A stretch of DNA of 41,297 bases from an uncultured Candidatus Saccharibacteria bacterium (GCA_964461985.1 CAYWWG010000002.1:1-41297), one strand, 5' to 3'. Counted from the first letter of the stretch, positions 25,031 through 35,117 are shown. Numbers and translations are program-made. The notes: generated from the letters alone by a model not told the origin.

Positions 25031-26039
25031 ATAGTTTTACCACAGTGTATTCTTCAGGTGCTTGTTTAAGATATTCTTCAATTTTTTCTTTACTTAACAA
25101 ACCTGCTTGTGCACCTATATGTTGTACGACTGACATTGAGTTTACTGGTCCGTAGCGTAAAGCTTCTTTAAAAGACATGCCGTTTGCCATCATGGCTACA
25201 ATAGTTGAACTTGTTGCGTCGCCAGCACCAGTACGTTCAACAGGTGGTGCGATGTCTGGGTATTCTGATAATGTGTAAATGTTTACACCGTCAGATGCAT
25301 CTAGACCTTTTGATCCGTCTGTAATAACAACCTTTTTAGGTCCAAGGTTGTGGATGTTTTTTATTAGCACGGCCATATCATGCTCGTCCGGGGTTTCTAA
25401 TATACGTTGTGCTTCTTCTTTGTTACAGAAAAATATTTCTGTGTGTTGATATAGTTCTGCCAAAACTTTTGTGCCAAGTTTTATTTGAAATGTCCCAGGC
25501 TGGAAAGCTAGTTTAACATTAGGATGTTGTTTAAGGTATTCAGTAAGTTGTAAATGGTATGGTAGTGTGTTGTCTGCAATAGAAGAAAAGTATATCCAAC
25601 CAGGCTCTGGTAAATTCATTGGAAAATCATAAGGGAATTCAGTGTGTTTTATAAGTATTGTTCTGTCTACTTCGTACCAAAGTACAAAATGGTAGTTTGA
25701 TGCATAGCCAGGAGCAATAACCATGTGGTCTGTAATAACATTGTTCTTTTTTAGTTCTTCAATATTACCACGACCTATTTCGTCATCACCGATGTATGAC
25801 ATTAAGGCACTTTTTACGCCTAAACGCGCCGCTGCCACAGCAGCATTTGCGCTGTTACCAACAGCTCGACATAGTGTAACTGATTCGTAAGGAATTTTGT
25901 CTCCGTAACGCATAGATAGCACACAGTTTTCATTGTCTAGTTGGCATGTAACCTGTGCATCTTTTAATTTTATAAAAGGTTCGGTTACTATGTCACCTAT
26001 AGCTAAAAATTGTATTTTTTCAGAATTATTATTTTGCAT
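25029..26039 (-). CDS. PfkB-family carbohydrate kinase
   Basis: Ribokinase-like fold motifs: GNSANAAVAAARLG, and the TGAGDATSS anion-hole motif near the C-terminus. TATAAT at 26051-26046 lies 6 nt before the ATG. Confidence 0.8.
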   Translation of the reverse strand: MQNNNSEKIQFLAIGDIVTEPFIKLKDAQVTCQLDNENCVLSMRYGDKIPYESVTLCRAVGNSANAAVAAARLGVKSALMSYIGDDEIGRGNIEELKKNNVITDHMVIAPGYASNYHFVLWYEVDRTILIKHTEFPYDFPMNLPEPGWIYFSSIADNTLPYHLQLTEYLKQHPNVKLAFQPGTFQIKLGTKVLAELYQHTEIFFCNKEEAQRILETPDEHDMAVLIKNIHNLGPKKVVITDGSKGLDASDGVNIYTLSEYPDIAPPVERTGAGDATSSTIVAMMANGMSFKEALRYGPVNSMSVVQHIGAQAGLLSKEKIEEYLKQAPEEYTVVKL

Positions 26040-26102
26040 TACGTTATTATATCATAGGTTGCTGTGTTTGGTTAAAATATTTCTACAGGGTATAATATAA
26101 CA

Positions 26103-26987
26103 ATGAAAACATTACGCGAATATGTACATGAAGCAGAGAGCAAGGGTGTGGCTATAGGACATTTTAATATTTCTAATTTAGAGGGTCTGCATGGTATATA
26201 TAATGCTGCAAAAAAACTTACAGCAGAAACAGGTGCACCCGTTCCTGTAATAATAGGTGTTTCAGAAGGGGAAGAAAAGTTCGCTGGACTAGAAGAGGTT
26301 TTTGCTTTGGTTAATGAAATACGTACTCGCGACAATTACCCAATATTTTTAAATGCTGACCATCATGCATCTTTTGAATCAGTTAAAAAATGTATTGATA
26401 CTGGTTTTGATATGGTAATTATTGATGCTGCAAAACTACCTTTTGCAGAAAATGTTGCTGTTACAAAACAGTGTGTCGACTACGCACGCAGTGTTTCTAA
26501 AAATACAGGCAGAGACATTTTAGTTGAAGCTGAGCTAGGTTATATTGGTTCTGGTTCTATTATTCGCGACATTATTCCTGAAGGTGCAGGTGTTTTGACA
26601 AAACCCGAAGATGCAAAGAATTTCGTTGACGCTACAGGTATAGATTTGTTTGCACCGTCAGTTGGTAGTATCCATGGTCTAATAAAAACAGGTAAACCAC
26701 ATATCGATGCACAATTAGTTAAAGAAATAAAAAATATTACTGGTGTGCCTCTTGTTTTGCATGGTGGTTCTGGGCTCGCGGATTCAGATTTTACAAATGC
26801 TATTACGGCAGGTATTTCTATTGTTCATATAAATAGCGAAATACGTTTGGCTTTTAAAGAAGCAGTAGAAAAGTTTATTCAAGAAAATCCAAACGAAATA
26901 ACCCCAGCAAAAATATTAGGTCCGGCTGTAGATGCTATTGAGGTTGTCGTCTACAATAGATTAAAATTATTTAACCGAATTGTTTAA
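26103..26987 (+). CDS. fba: Class II ketose-bisphosphate (fructose/tagatose) aldolase
   Basis: GHFNISNLE, LNADHH, LVLHGGSG and INSEIR motifs. Divergent from the pfkB gene. Confidence 0.85.
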   Translation: MKTLREYVHEAESKGVAIGHFNISNLEGLHGIYNAAKKLTAETGAPVPVIIGVSEGEEKFAGLEEVFALVNEIRTRDNYPIFLNADHHASFESVKKCIDTGFDMVIIDAAKLPFAENVAVTKQCVDYARSVSKNTGRDILVEAELGYIGSGSIIRDIIPEGAGVLTKPEDAKNFVDATGIDLFAPSVGSIHGLIKTGKPHIDAQLVKEIKNITGVPLVLHGGSGLADSDFTNAITAGISIVHINSEIRLAFKEAVEKFIQENPNEITPAKILGPAVDAIEVVVYNRLKLFNRIV

Positions 26988-26988
26988 T

Positions 26989-27312
26989 ATGAAATGGATC
27001 ATTCCTTTAGTGGTGTTAATATTATTCGAAGCTATTGCAGACTATTTTGCTGGTAAATGGGGTATAACTGGTAGCATGCGTTTTGCTTTTATTTCTTTTG
27101 CTGGATATGCATTAGGTAATTTGTCTTGGTTAATAGCAGTTTATGATGGTTCTGGTTTGGCACGAGGAGCAGAAATATTTTCTATAGTCTCGGCGCTTTT
27201 GGCCATAAGCATTGGTGTGTTTATATATAAAGAAAGCTTTTCTAATGTGCAAGCCATAGGGGCTGTGCTTGGGGTTATTAGTATTGTTTTATTGGTTTGG
27301 GAGTTTAATTAA
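26989..27312 (+). CDS. Small 4-TM membrane protein (SMR/DMT-like)
   Basis: About 107 aa with four hydrophobic helices. Starting at 26989 avoids overlap with fba, whereas the ORF track starts at 26980. Confidence 0.5.
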   Translation: MKWIIPLVVLILFEAIADYFAGKWGITGSMRFAFISFAGYALGNLSWLIAVYDGSGLARGAEIFSIVSALLAISIGVFIYKESFSNVQAIGAVLGVISIVLLVWEFN

Positions 27313-27316
27313 TTTT

Positions 27317-29041
27317 ATGGAAATTGTGCAAGAAATAAAAAAAATAATAAAAGGTGATGTAGAAAATTCAGATACTGTACTGGATAAATATTCGCACGAC
27401 GCCAGTCTGTTAGAAGTTCGCCCACAAGTTGTAGTATTCCCGCGTGATTCTGCCGATGTGTGTGCAGTTGTAAAATGGGTTAAAGAACAAAAAACTTTAG
27501 GTAATGTTTATTCGATAACTCCACGTTCAGCTGGTACTTGTATGGCTGGTGGGGCTATTGGTGAATCAATTGTTATGGATTTTACAAGGTATATGAATGC
27601 ACTTGGTCCAGTCGAAACAGTGGATGAATTTACTATTACACCCAAGTACCCCAATGCACATCCAGTTGTTATATCTGGTCGTGTGTCTGTTATGCCCGGT
27701 TGCTACTACCGTGATTTTGAAACTTCTACACTAGAGAAAGGTTTGTTGTTGCCATGCTACACAGCTTCGAAATCTATAAATGCTGTTGGTGGCATGGTGG
27801 GTAATAATTCTGCTGGAGAAAAAACTTTACAATATGGCAAGACCGAAGACTATATAGCTGAACTAAAAGTTGTTTTTGCAGATGGGTACGAATATGTTGT
27901 AAAACCTTTAACTAAAAAGGAGCTTTACAATAAAATCGCACAGATAGATTTTGAAGGTTCTGTTTACAAAGAAATCTATAACCTTATAAAAGAAAATGAA
28001 ATGGTTATTAAGAGTGCTAAGCCACAGGTTTCTAAAAATTCCGCCGGTTATTATTTGTGGAACGTTTATGATCCAGTATCTGATATATTTGATTTAACTA
28101 AACTTATAGTCGGTTCGCAGGGTACATTAGGTATTGTAACCGGTATTACATTCCACCTTGTTCGCACCAAACCTGTTTCAAAACTTGCTGTTATATTTAT
28201 GAAAGACCTTTCGCGCTTAGGTGAACTCGTAGATGCTGTTTTGCCTTTCCATCCAGAAAGTATTGAAAGTTACGACGATGCCACTATGAAGTTGGCAATT
28301 AAATTCTTCCCAGATTTTTTAAAGAAGAAAGGCTTGTGGGGTATGGTCAAATTTATGTGGAGTTTCTGGCCTGAAGCTATAATGATGCTAGCGGGTGGTA
28401 TGCCCAAACTTGTTTTATTAGTTGAATTTGCTGGTACAGAACAAACTGTAATAGACAAACAAGCAACTGATTTGGTAAATACTTTAAAACCATTTAATTT
28501 TAAAACACGTATAACTAAAAATAAAAACGACGCTGACAAGTATTGGGACATTCGTCGTGAGTCTTTTGCCTTGTTGCGTAAACATATAAAAGATAAACAT
28601 ACCGCACCTTTTATAGACGACATTATTGTGCCACCACAAATTTTGCCAGAATTTTTACCTAAACTACAAACTATATTAAACCAATACCCGATAACATATA
28701 CTATTGCTGGCCACGCAGGTAACGGTAACTTCCATATTATTCCACTTATGGATTTTTCACTGCCGGGAACAGGTGACATAATAATTGAACTTTCCAAAAA
28801 AGTTTACGACCTTGTATTAGAATATCGTGGTTCGACAACAGCTGAACATAACGACGGGATAATACGTACACCATACTTAACACAAATGTTTGGTGAATAT
28901 GTTGTGTCTTTGTTCCAAAAAACGAAAAACATTTTCGATCCACAAAACATACTAAACCCTGGTAAAAAAGTTGGTGGTTCTATACAGTACATCCGCGAGC
29001 ATATTATAAAAGAGCGTCACGATATTTCTCACGGTGTATAG
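27317..29041 (+). CDS. FAD-linked oxidase (GlcD / D-lactate dehydrogenase-like)
   Basis: FAD_binding_4 motifs (PRSAGTCMAGGAIG, GSQGTLGIVTGITFHL) and the C-terminal AEHNDG...DPQNILNPGK. I start at ATG 27317 (MEIVQEI). Confidence 0.85.
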   Translation: MEIVQEIKKIIKGDVENSDTVLDKYSHDASLLEVRPQVVVFPRDSADVCAVVKWVKEQKTLGNVYSITPRSAGTCMAGGAIGESIVMDFTRYMNALGPVETVDEFTITPKYPNAHPVVISGRVSVMPGCYYRDFETSTLEKGLLLPCYTASKSINAVGGMVGNNSAGEKTLQYGKTEDYIAELKVVFADGYEYVVKPLTKKELYNKIAQIDFEGSVYKEIYNLIKENEMVIKSAKPQVSKNSAGYYLWNVYDPVSDIFDLTKLIVGSQGTLGIVTGITFHLVRTKPVSKLAVIFMKDLSRLGELVDAVLPFHPESIESYDDATMKLAIKFFPDFLKKKGLWGMVKFMWSFWPEAIMMLAGGMPKLVLLVEFAGTEQTVIDKQATDLVNTLKPFNFKTRITKNKNDADKYWDIRRESFALLRKHIKDKHTAPFIDDIIVPPQILPEFLPKLQTILNQYPITYTIAGHAGNGNFHIIPLMDFSLPGTGDIIIELSKKVYDLVLEYRGSTTAEHNDGIIRTPYLTQMFGEYVVSLFQKTKNIFDPQNILNPGKKVGGSIQYIREHIIKERHDISHGV

Positions 29042-29073
29042 TTATTTAAATTAATTTATGGTACACTATTACA

Positions 29074-29193
29074 AACTTTAAAAAAAATAGACACAGAAAG
29101 GCCTACGGAACATAAATATACCTTTTGCATAGCAAGGTAAGGACACTTTCAACGTAGAGCTTCGCCGGTGGTACCAACCACCGGTTCTGTTTT
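29074..29193 (+). ncRNA. Candidate orphan small RNA (~120 nt), family unknown
   Basis: Extended -10 TGG-TACACT at 29059-29067. The terminator is CCGGTGG-TACCAA-CCACCGG plus TTCTGTTTT (29165-29193). There is no ORF and no downstream gene on the same strand. Confidence 0.4.
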
Positions 29194-29204
29194 ATGTAAA
29201 TTTT

Positions 29205-29238
29205 AAAAACCCCGTGCTCATGTAGAACACGGGGTTTT
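29205..29238. terminator. Bidirectional terminator (serves the 29257-29790 gene)
   Basis: AAAAACCCCGTG-loop-CACGGGGTTTT. Confidence 0.8.
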
Positions 29239-29256
29239 GTTGTGTTTGTGCTGAAA

Positions 29257-29790
29257 TTACTTTAGCAACTGCTGAATCAGCTTCATGAATTCCGGAACGG
29301 TTGCTTTTTTGTTTAGTTCAAAAGCATTCCAGATTTTTTCAAAGAAATCTGATTTTTTTGTCAGTTTTTTACTTTGTAAATACCTTAGTACCACCATGAC
29401 AGATTTTTGCAACACATAAGGCGAGTCACGAAAAATCTTCGTAATTTCACCGGCCTTAGGTATTGAATTTCTGGTTCCAACTACGCTATGGGCCAGAAAT
29501 TCTTCGTGGTTTGATGCACCAGAGCAAAAAGTCACAGATAGGTGTTTTTCACGTTTTTTAGGGTCTGTACCCATATGAAAAAGTTCTATCTCTACTACGT
29601 CCAGGTTGTTGTTTTGACCTTGTTTTTTTGTCATTGTTATCATTACAGCAACCAGGTTTTCTTCAATGTAACCAGATCTGTAAAGATCATATGGTTGCAT
29701 CCATTGCGGTGGGTAGTCCATAAGTTTGCCTAATTGGTCATGGAACACTTTGTCGGTGTACAGCAGTAAGTTAATTTTTTGTGAACTCAT
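29257..29790 (-). CDS. Hypothetical protein (177 aa)
   Basis: Clean ORF with its own terminator. I recognise no motif. Confidence 0.5.
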   Translation of the reverse strand: MSSQKINLLLYTDKVFHDQLGKLMDYPPQWMQPYDLYRSGYIEENLVAVMITMTKKQGQNNNLDVVEIELFHMGTDPKKREKHLSVTFCSGASNHEEFLAHSVVGTRNSIPKAGEITKIFRDSPYVLQKSVMVVLRYLQSKKLTKKSDFFEKIWNAFELNKKATVPEFMKLIQQLLK

Positions 29791-29955
29791 TTACGTAAAT
29801 ATTTTAAATTTTGAAAAGAATATAAGCCTTTGAGGGCTCGAAAACTTCTGAAACAATAACACATTTTTATACAATAATCAATACACATGTGAATTATAGA
29901 CTTTGGCAAAATTTAGAATTTGCCTTATTGAGGTTTTTGTGGTAACCTAGCGTCT

Positions 29956-30597
29956 ATGAATACATTAACTGCAATAAAGCGAAGTAAGGCAGATTTGTTG
30001 GAAACCGTACGAAATAACGGTATGGTTCCAGCAGTTGTCTATGGCGCTGGTATAGAAAATACAATTATTTCTGTTCCAGCAGCTGATTTTAAAAAAGTGT
30101 TTGCTCAAGTTGGCGAATCTGAAGTTGTAGATTTAACAATTGATGGACACACCTATAGTGTTTTGGTTCAAGATGTGCACCGCGACCCGATTCGTGGTCA
30201 TGCTATACACGTAGACTTTCTAGCTATCGATATGAAGAAGAAAATTAGTGTTATGGTACCACTTGAATTTGAAGGCGTATCTCCAGCTGTTAAAGCCGGT
30301 ACTGGATCATTGGTTAAAATTACACACGAAGTTGAAATCGAAGCTCTACCAAAAGACCTTCCTCATGCACTACACGTTTCTATTGAATCTTTGGTAACCA
30401 ACCAAGACAAAATACACGTTTCTGACATTAAGGCCCCAGCAGGTGTTACTATATTAACAAGTCCTGAAGAAGTTGTGGCATTGGTTGCACAATTAGTAGA
30501 AGAAAAAGAAGAAGCGCCTGTAGACATTGCTAATATTGAAGTAGAAAAGAAAGGTAAGAAAGACGACGAAGCAGAAGGTGAAACTGCTAGTGAGTAA
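29956..30597 (+). CDS. rplY: 50S ribosomal protein L25 (Ctc form)
   Basis: GMVPAVVYG, HRDPI and the long Ctc-type C-terminal domain with an acidic tail. Confidence 0.9.
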   Translation: MNTLTAIKRSKADLLETVRNNGMVPAVVYGAGIENTIISVPAADFKKVFAQVGESEVVDLTIDGHTYSVLVQDVHRDPIRGHAIHVDFLAIDMKKKISVMVPLEFEGVSPAVKAGTGSLVKITHEVEIEALPKDLPHALHVSIESLVTNQDKIHVSDIKAPAGVTILTSPEEVVALVAQLVEEKEEAPVDIANIEVEKKGKKDDEAEGETASE

Positions 30598-30642
30598 TTT
30601 TACTTTATTGTGTGTTTTACAGCAGAATTAATATAAAAATAT

Positions 30643-30671
30643 AAAAACCCAGATTTTTTTCTGGGTTTTTA
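30643..30671 (+). terminator. Intrinsic terminator of rplY
   Basis: AAAAACCCAGA-TTTTTT-TCTGGGTTTTT. Confidence 0.85.
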
Positions 30672-30688
30672 TATGTTATACTATATAA

Positions 30689-32089
30689 ATGCGTAAAATA
30701 GTACATATATTCATGATTATAGCTTTGTTGGTTGCTACTGTCGGCCAAGTTATTTTACCTACTCAAAAAGTATATGCATTTAATTGTCTTACAGATCTGA
30801 CACTTAGTTCTAGTCCTGAAGAACGCCAGCAGTGTCAAAACGAAGTTGACGACATTGATAAGCAAATTGCTCAATGGACAGCAGAACTTAATAAACAAAA
30901 ACAAAAAACAGGTTCTATAACCAAAGACATAAGTGTCTTGACCGCACAGATAAATAAAGCAAAGTTAGAAATTCAAAACAGAAATTTAGTTATAACTAAA
31001 CTAACCGCTGAAATAGGTAAGCGTCAGGAAAAAATTAATAATCTCGGTCAGAAAATAAGTTCAACCCAAGATTCCATTGCGGACTTGCTACGTAAAACTC
31101 GTGAAATAGATAACACAACACCAGTACATTTGTTGTTGTCTGGCCAAACCGTTTCTGATTTTTATCATGATTTTGATTCATTTACTCAGATAAAAACATC
31201 ATTAAAAGACCATGTCGATGTGGTAAAGGAAGTTAAGTCTGATACTGAGGTAGAAAAACAAACCCTACAGAACAACAAAGCTGATCAGTTAGATGCTAAG
31301 GTGGAACTTGAACACCAGAAGAAAACTGTTGAACTCACAGAAGCACAGAAAAAAGTACTACTAACAGAAAGTAAGACTCAAGAAAAAACATACGAACAAA
31401 TAGTTGCTGAAAAACAAAAACAAAAACAAGCAATTTTAAGTAAATTGTTTGCACTTCGTGACGTAAAGTCCATCGAGTTCGGCGACGCTCTGCGTTATGC
31501 AAAAGAAGCTAGTGATAAAACTGGAGTTCGACCCGCAATGATATTGGCTATAATAACCCAGGAATCAAGTTTAGGTAAAAATGTTGGTACATGTAACAGG
31601 CCAAACGATCCAGCAAGTAAAAACTGGAAAGTAATTATGCCTGGACCAGAAGCTGTTGCTTCTGGTCGTGCAAAGTCTAACTGGCAAGACGACTACCTAC
31701 AAATTGTAAATGAACTCGGACTTAGTCCTGAGGGTACACCTTTATCATGTCCATTATCAGGTGGTGGTTGGGGTGGTGCCATGGGTCCTTCGCAGTTTAT
31801 TCCACCTACATGGAATTCGTATAAATCACGAATTGCCTCAGCTTTAGGCAAAGGTACAGTAAGTCCATGGAATGCTGAAGACGCTATAATGGCAACGGCT
31901 CTGTACTTGCAAGATCGCGGTGCTGCGGGTGGTTCTTATACAAACGAACGTAATGCCGCTTGTAAGTACTATTCTGGTTCGGCTTGTCAGGCAGGACGCA
32001 AGCCACCTAACGCTTTTTATGGCGACTCTGTTATGGCTATAGCTAAAAAGGTCCAGGGTACAATAGACCAGTTGCAAACCTTGGAATAA
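30689..32089 (+). CDS. Secreted coiled-coil protein with a C-terminal lytic transglycosylase (SLT_2/MltB-like) domain
   Basis: Signal peptide, then ~230 aa of heptad-rich sequence, then AIITQESSLGKNVG and GPSQFIPPTW motifs. Confidence 0.7.
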   Translation: MRKIVHIFMIIALLVATVGQVILPTQKVYAFNCLTDLTLSSSPEERQQCQNEVDDIDKQIAQWTAELNKQKQKTGSITKDISVLTAQINKAKLEIQNRNLVITKLTAEIGKRQEKINNLGQKISSTQDSIADLLRKTREIDNTTPVHLLLSGQTVSDFYHDFDSFTQIKTSLKDHVDVVKEVKSDTEVEKQTLQNNKADQLDAKVELEHQKKTVELTEAQKKVLLTESKTQEKTYEQIVAEKQKQKQAILSKLFALRDVKSIEFGDALRYAKEASDKTGVRPAMILAIITQESSLGKNVGTCNRPNDPASKNWKVIMPGPEAVASGRAKSNWQDDYLQIVNELGLSPEGTPLSCPLSGGGWGGAMGPSQFIPPTWNSYKSRIASALGKGTVSPWNAEDAIMATALYLQDRGAAGGSYTNERNAACKYYSGSACQAGRKPPNAFYGDSVMAIAKKVQGTIDQLQTLE

Positions 32090-32107
32090 CGTGCTATTAT
32101 CTGACGT

Positions 32108-32359
32108 ATGAAGAAAGAAATCCACCCAACAAACAACCGCTATGTGGTGTTTGAAGATAATTCAAACCAAAAGCAATTTTTGGCACTTTCAACTGTTTCT
32201 ACTAAAGAAACAACAAAATACAATGGTAAAGAATACCCACTATACCGTGTTGAAATTACAAGTGCATCACACCCTTTCTATACTGGTAAAGAAACCATTC
32301 TTGACACTGCTGGACGCGTAGACCGCTTTAAAAAACGTGTTGCCGCTGGAAAGAAGTAA
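32108..32359 (+). CDS. rpmE: 50S ribosomal protein L31, type B (no Cys zinc ligands)
   Basis: MKKEIHP...HPFYTGK...[12 protein letters not shown]. There are no cysteines. Confidence 0.9.
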   Translation: MKKEIHPTNNRYVVFEDNSNQKQFLALSTVSTKETTKYNGKEYPLYRVEITSASHPFYTGKETILDTAGRVDRFKKRVAAGKK

Positions 32360-32366
32360 CTTAAAA

Positions 32367-32480
32367 AAATCCCAGATTAGCTCCCATCGAGATGCTACCT
32401 ATAATTCGCTGCTGCGAATTTAGTCGACTCGGCCCAGTCGGCCTGCGTCAGGCATCTCTCCGGGACTAATCTGGGATTTT
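32367..32480 (+). other. Elaborate GC-rich multi-stem element doubling as the rpmE terminator
   Basis: Outer 14+4 bp stem (32367-32385 with 32462-32479), a 7-bp stem GAGATGC/GCATCTC (32389-32395 with 32452-32458), and two internal hairpins (32403-32420 and ~32426-32449). A TTTTCT tract follows. Confidence 0.55.
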
Positions 32481-32497
32481 CTGTATAATAATATTAT

Positions 32498-33472
32498 ATG
32501 ACTATCGATATCGAAGCACTAAAAAAGAATCATAAAACATCTTACCTCGCTGGTGAATACGAGAGACTTCAACATGAATTACAAGAGGTGCGTGACATGA
32601 TAACTGCCGACCCAACAATGGCTGAACTTGGTCAGACTGATATAGATACTATTACTATGCAATTAGATGCATTAGAAAAACAACTTGAATCTATAACTGA
32701 AGCTGAAAAGGCTGAAGAAGAATTTCCAAATGAAATAATTCTTGAAATACGTGCGGGTGTTGGTGGTGACGAGGCATCACTGTTTGCATACGAATTGGCA
32801 TATATGTACCAAGGCTATGCCGAGTCCAAGGGTTTTCAAGTTAAACGTCTTGAAATAAGTGAAAATGATGTAGGTGGTTATAAAGAAGCTGTTTATGAAA
32901 TAAAAGGTAAAGAAGTTTATAAATATTTCCGTTATGAAACAGGTGTACACCGTGTTCAACGCATACCAGCAACAGAAAAAAACGGACGCGTGCATACTTC
33001 GACAGCATCAGTTGCTGTTTTGCCAATGCGTAAAAAAGTTACTTTTGAAATAAATCCTGCTGATATAGAAATCGAATATTCACGTTCAGGTGGTGCTGGT
33101 GGACAGAATGTTAACAAAGTTGAAACTGCTGTTCGTCTAATACATAAACCAACCGGCATGGATGTACGTTCTACATCTGAACGTTCACAACTAGCAAACC
33201 GTGAAAAAGCTATGACTATTCTTACAGCCAAGTTACAGCAAATGAAAGAAGAAGAAGAAAATAAAAAATATGCCGAAAATCGTGCTAACCAAATAGGCAC
33301 AGGTGATAGAAGTGAAAAAATACGTACCTATAACTTTCCACAGGATCGTGTAACCGACCACCGAATACGTCAGTCTTGGTCTGGTATACCTACTATAATG
33401 AGTGGTAAAATCGATAAAATAGTTGATGCATTACTAAGTGGGGTAGTTGGCTCTGAAGACACAACTGACTAG
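32498..33472 (+). CDS. prfA: Peptide chain release factor 1
   Basis: PAT tripeptide (RIPATEK) and GGQ ([11 protein letters not shown]). At 324 aa it has a short N-terminal domain. Confidence 0.93.
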   Translation: MTIDIEALKKNHKTSYLAGEYERLQHELQEVRDMITADPTMAELGQTDIDTITMQLDALEKQLESITEAEKAEEEFPNEIILEIRAGVGGDEASLFAYELAYMYQGYAESKGFQVKRLEISENDVGGYKEAVYEIKGKEVYKYFRYETGVHRVQRIPATEKNGRVHTSTASVAVLPMRKKVTFEINPADIEIEYSRSGGAGGQNVNKVETAVRLIHKPTGMDVRSTSERSQLANREKAMTILTAKLQQMKEEEENKKYAENRANQIGTGDRSEKIRTYNFPQDRVTDHRIRQSWSGIPTIMSGKIDKIVDALLSGVVGSEDTTD

Positions 33473-33507
33473 TTTTTGTTTTTAGTTTTGTAGTATAATA
33501 GACGTAT

Positions 33508-35070
33508 ATGAATAAAAAGAACCTCGTCAGGCTTTGCATTGTTTTAGTGGCTATTTTTGTTGTTTATGTAAACACTCAAAAAAGTAAAGCATCTTTTAGT
33601 GTTGTTGATTGTACGAATGTTACAGACTTAACAACCTTAGGTGGTGGTGTTACACCCATACCTCAAGCCGAATGTGAAGCTTTAGAAGATTTATACACTT
33701 CTACTAATGGCAGTTCTTGGACTAACCATACTAACTGGGACACTGCTACTGACGTCGGCACTTGGCGTGGTGTAACTCGAACAGGGGCACACGTAACAAA
33801 GATTTCTCTAATTCACAACAATCTGGTTGGTAGCATACCTGCATCTATAGCCGACCTTACGTATCTAGAAGATTTTCGTCTAAGCTCAAACAGCCTTTCT
33901 GGTTCGATTCCTGATATTTCTGCTTTAACAAATCTTTTGTATTTGTATTTAGACGACAACCAATTAACAGGTTCAGTACCATCACTTTATAGTAATACGG
34001 CATTACAATATTTAGAATTAAGTGAAAACCAACTTACTGGTTCAATACCATCACTTTCTAATAATACTGCATTATATCTCTTAGATCTTTCCAGAAACCA
34101 GTTAACTGGTTCATTGCCTTCTTTAGTAAACAATACTGCACTTTTTGATTTTAATGTTGAAACAAATAAACTTTCAGGTACAATACCGTCTTTATCTGCA
34201 AATACTTCTTTAGCAGCTTTTAATGTAAGTTATAATAATTTTAGTGGTGAAATTCCAGATATTTCAGGTTCGTCTATAACATTTTGTTCATTTAAAGAAA
34301 ACTCTTTATACACAAGTTCAAATAGTGTTGATCTTGATATTGATACAAGATGTTCTGAAAACTGGTCTAGTACACAAACCATTGCACCGACTGGTTTAAC
34401 TGTAACTAGAAATGGTAATAATGTTGTAATAACCTGGAACCCGATAGAATACACAAGTATCGGTAGTTATAATATTTATTCCAGTGATGTAACCGGCGGA
34501 CCGTATACAAACCTCGAAGCAACCATAGCTAGAAACGCAGGCTCAACTGTAACGATCACCGCCCCGAATACAAATAAGTATTACATTATTCAGGCATACA
34601 CACCCGCACACCCTTCGGGATTATCTGATTCGTCACAACAAACTAACCTGTCTGTAAATTCATCGGAAGTTGCTTTTATAGCTAGAACTAGTGGCGGGGG
34701 CGGTGGAATGTTGGCGGAAATAGCAAATAAAATAAATAATGCTTCAGCTAATTCTACAAAACCAAAAGTTTTAGACGATAAAAAAATTATTCCAACTCCA
34801 AACGCGGGTTGCCCTGCAAAGTACCCAGCATTTACTTATTTAGATTTATTTAAACCATGGCCAACAAAAAATATACAGTGGTTGTTAAACGAAGAAGTTA
34901 ATGCCCGTATTCGTATCGATGGTCATGGTGGAGTAAAAACTAGAAATGGTATTCTTTTATACAAAAAGAAATACCAATCTGAAATAGGTCTTAATGACGA
35001 TCAAATTAAATCATCTTATATTGATTCTAAGACATTGGCCCATATAAATGCCAAGTTATGTGCCAAATAA
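33508..35070 (+). CDS. Secreted plant-type LRR protein with an FN3-like domain and a C-terminal PG_binding_1-like domain
   Basis: Signal peptide. Cap CEALEDLY..W.....W.GVT. About seven 23-24-aa repeats of L..L.L..N.L(S/T)GSIPS. An FN3-like segment (APTGLTVTRNGNNVVITWNP). A GGGGG linker. The C-terminus NIQWLLNEEVNARIRIDGHGGVKTRNGILLYKKKY resembles a peptidoglycan-binding domain. Confidence 0.7.
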   Translation: MNKKNLVRLCIVLVAIFVVYVNTQKSKASFSVVDCTNVTDLTTLGGGVTPIPQAECEALEDLYTSTNGSSWTNHTNWDTATDVGTWRGVTRTGAHVTKISLIHNNLVGSIPASIADLTYLEDFRLSSNSLSGSIPDISALTNLLYLYLDDNQLTGSVPSLYSNTALQYLELSENQLTGSIPSLSNNTALYLLDLSRNQLTGSLPSLVNNTALFDFNVETNKLSGTIPSLSANTSLAAFNVSYNNFSGEIPDISGSSITFCSFKENSLYTSSNSVDLDIDTRCSENWSSTQTIAPTGLTVTRNGNNVVITWNPIEYTSIGSYNIYSSDVTGGPYTNLEATIARNAGSTVTITAPNTNKYYIIQAYTPAHPSGLSDSSQQTNLSVNSSEVAFIARTSGGGGGMLAEIANKINNASANSTKPKVLDDKKIIPTPNAGCPAKYPAFTYLDLFKPWPTKNIQWLLNEEVNARIRIDGHGGVKTRNGILLYKKKYQSEIGLNDDQIKSSYIDSKTLAHINAKLCAK

Positions 35071-35117
35071 TTATTTGCTAAAAAGTGTTTTTTTTGCTAT
35101 AGTGCAAAAGCCATATT

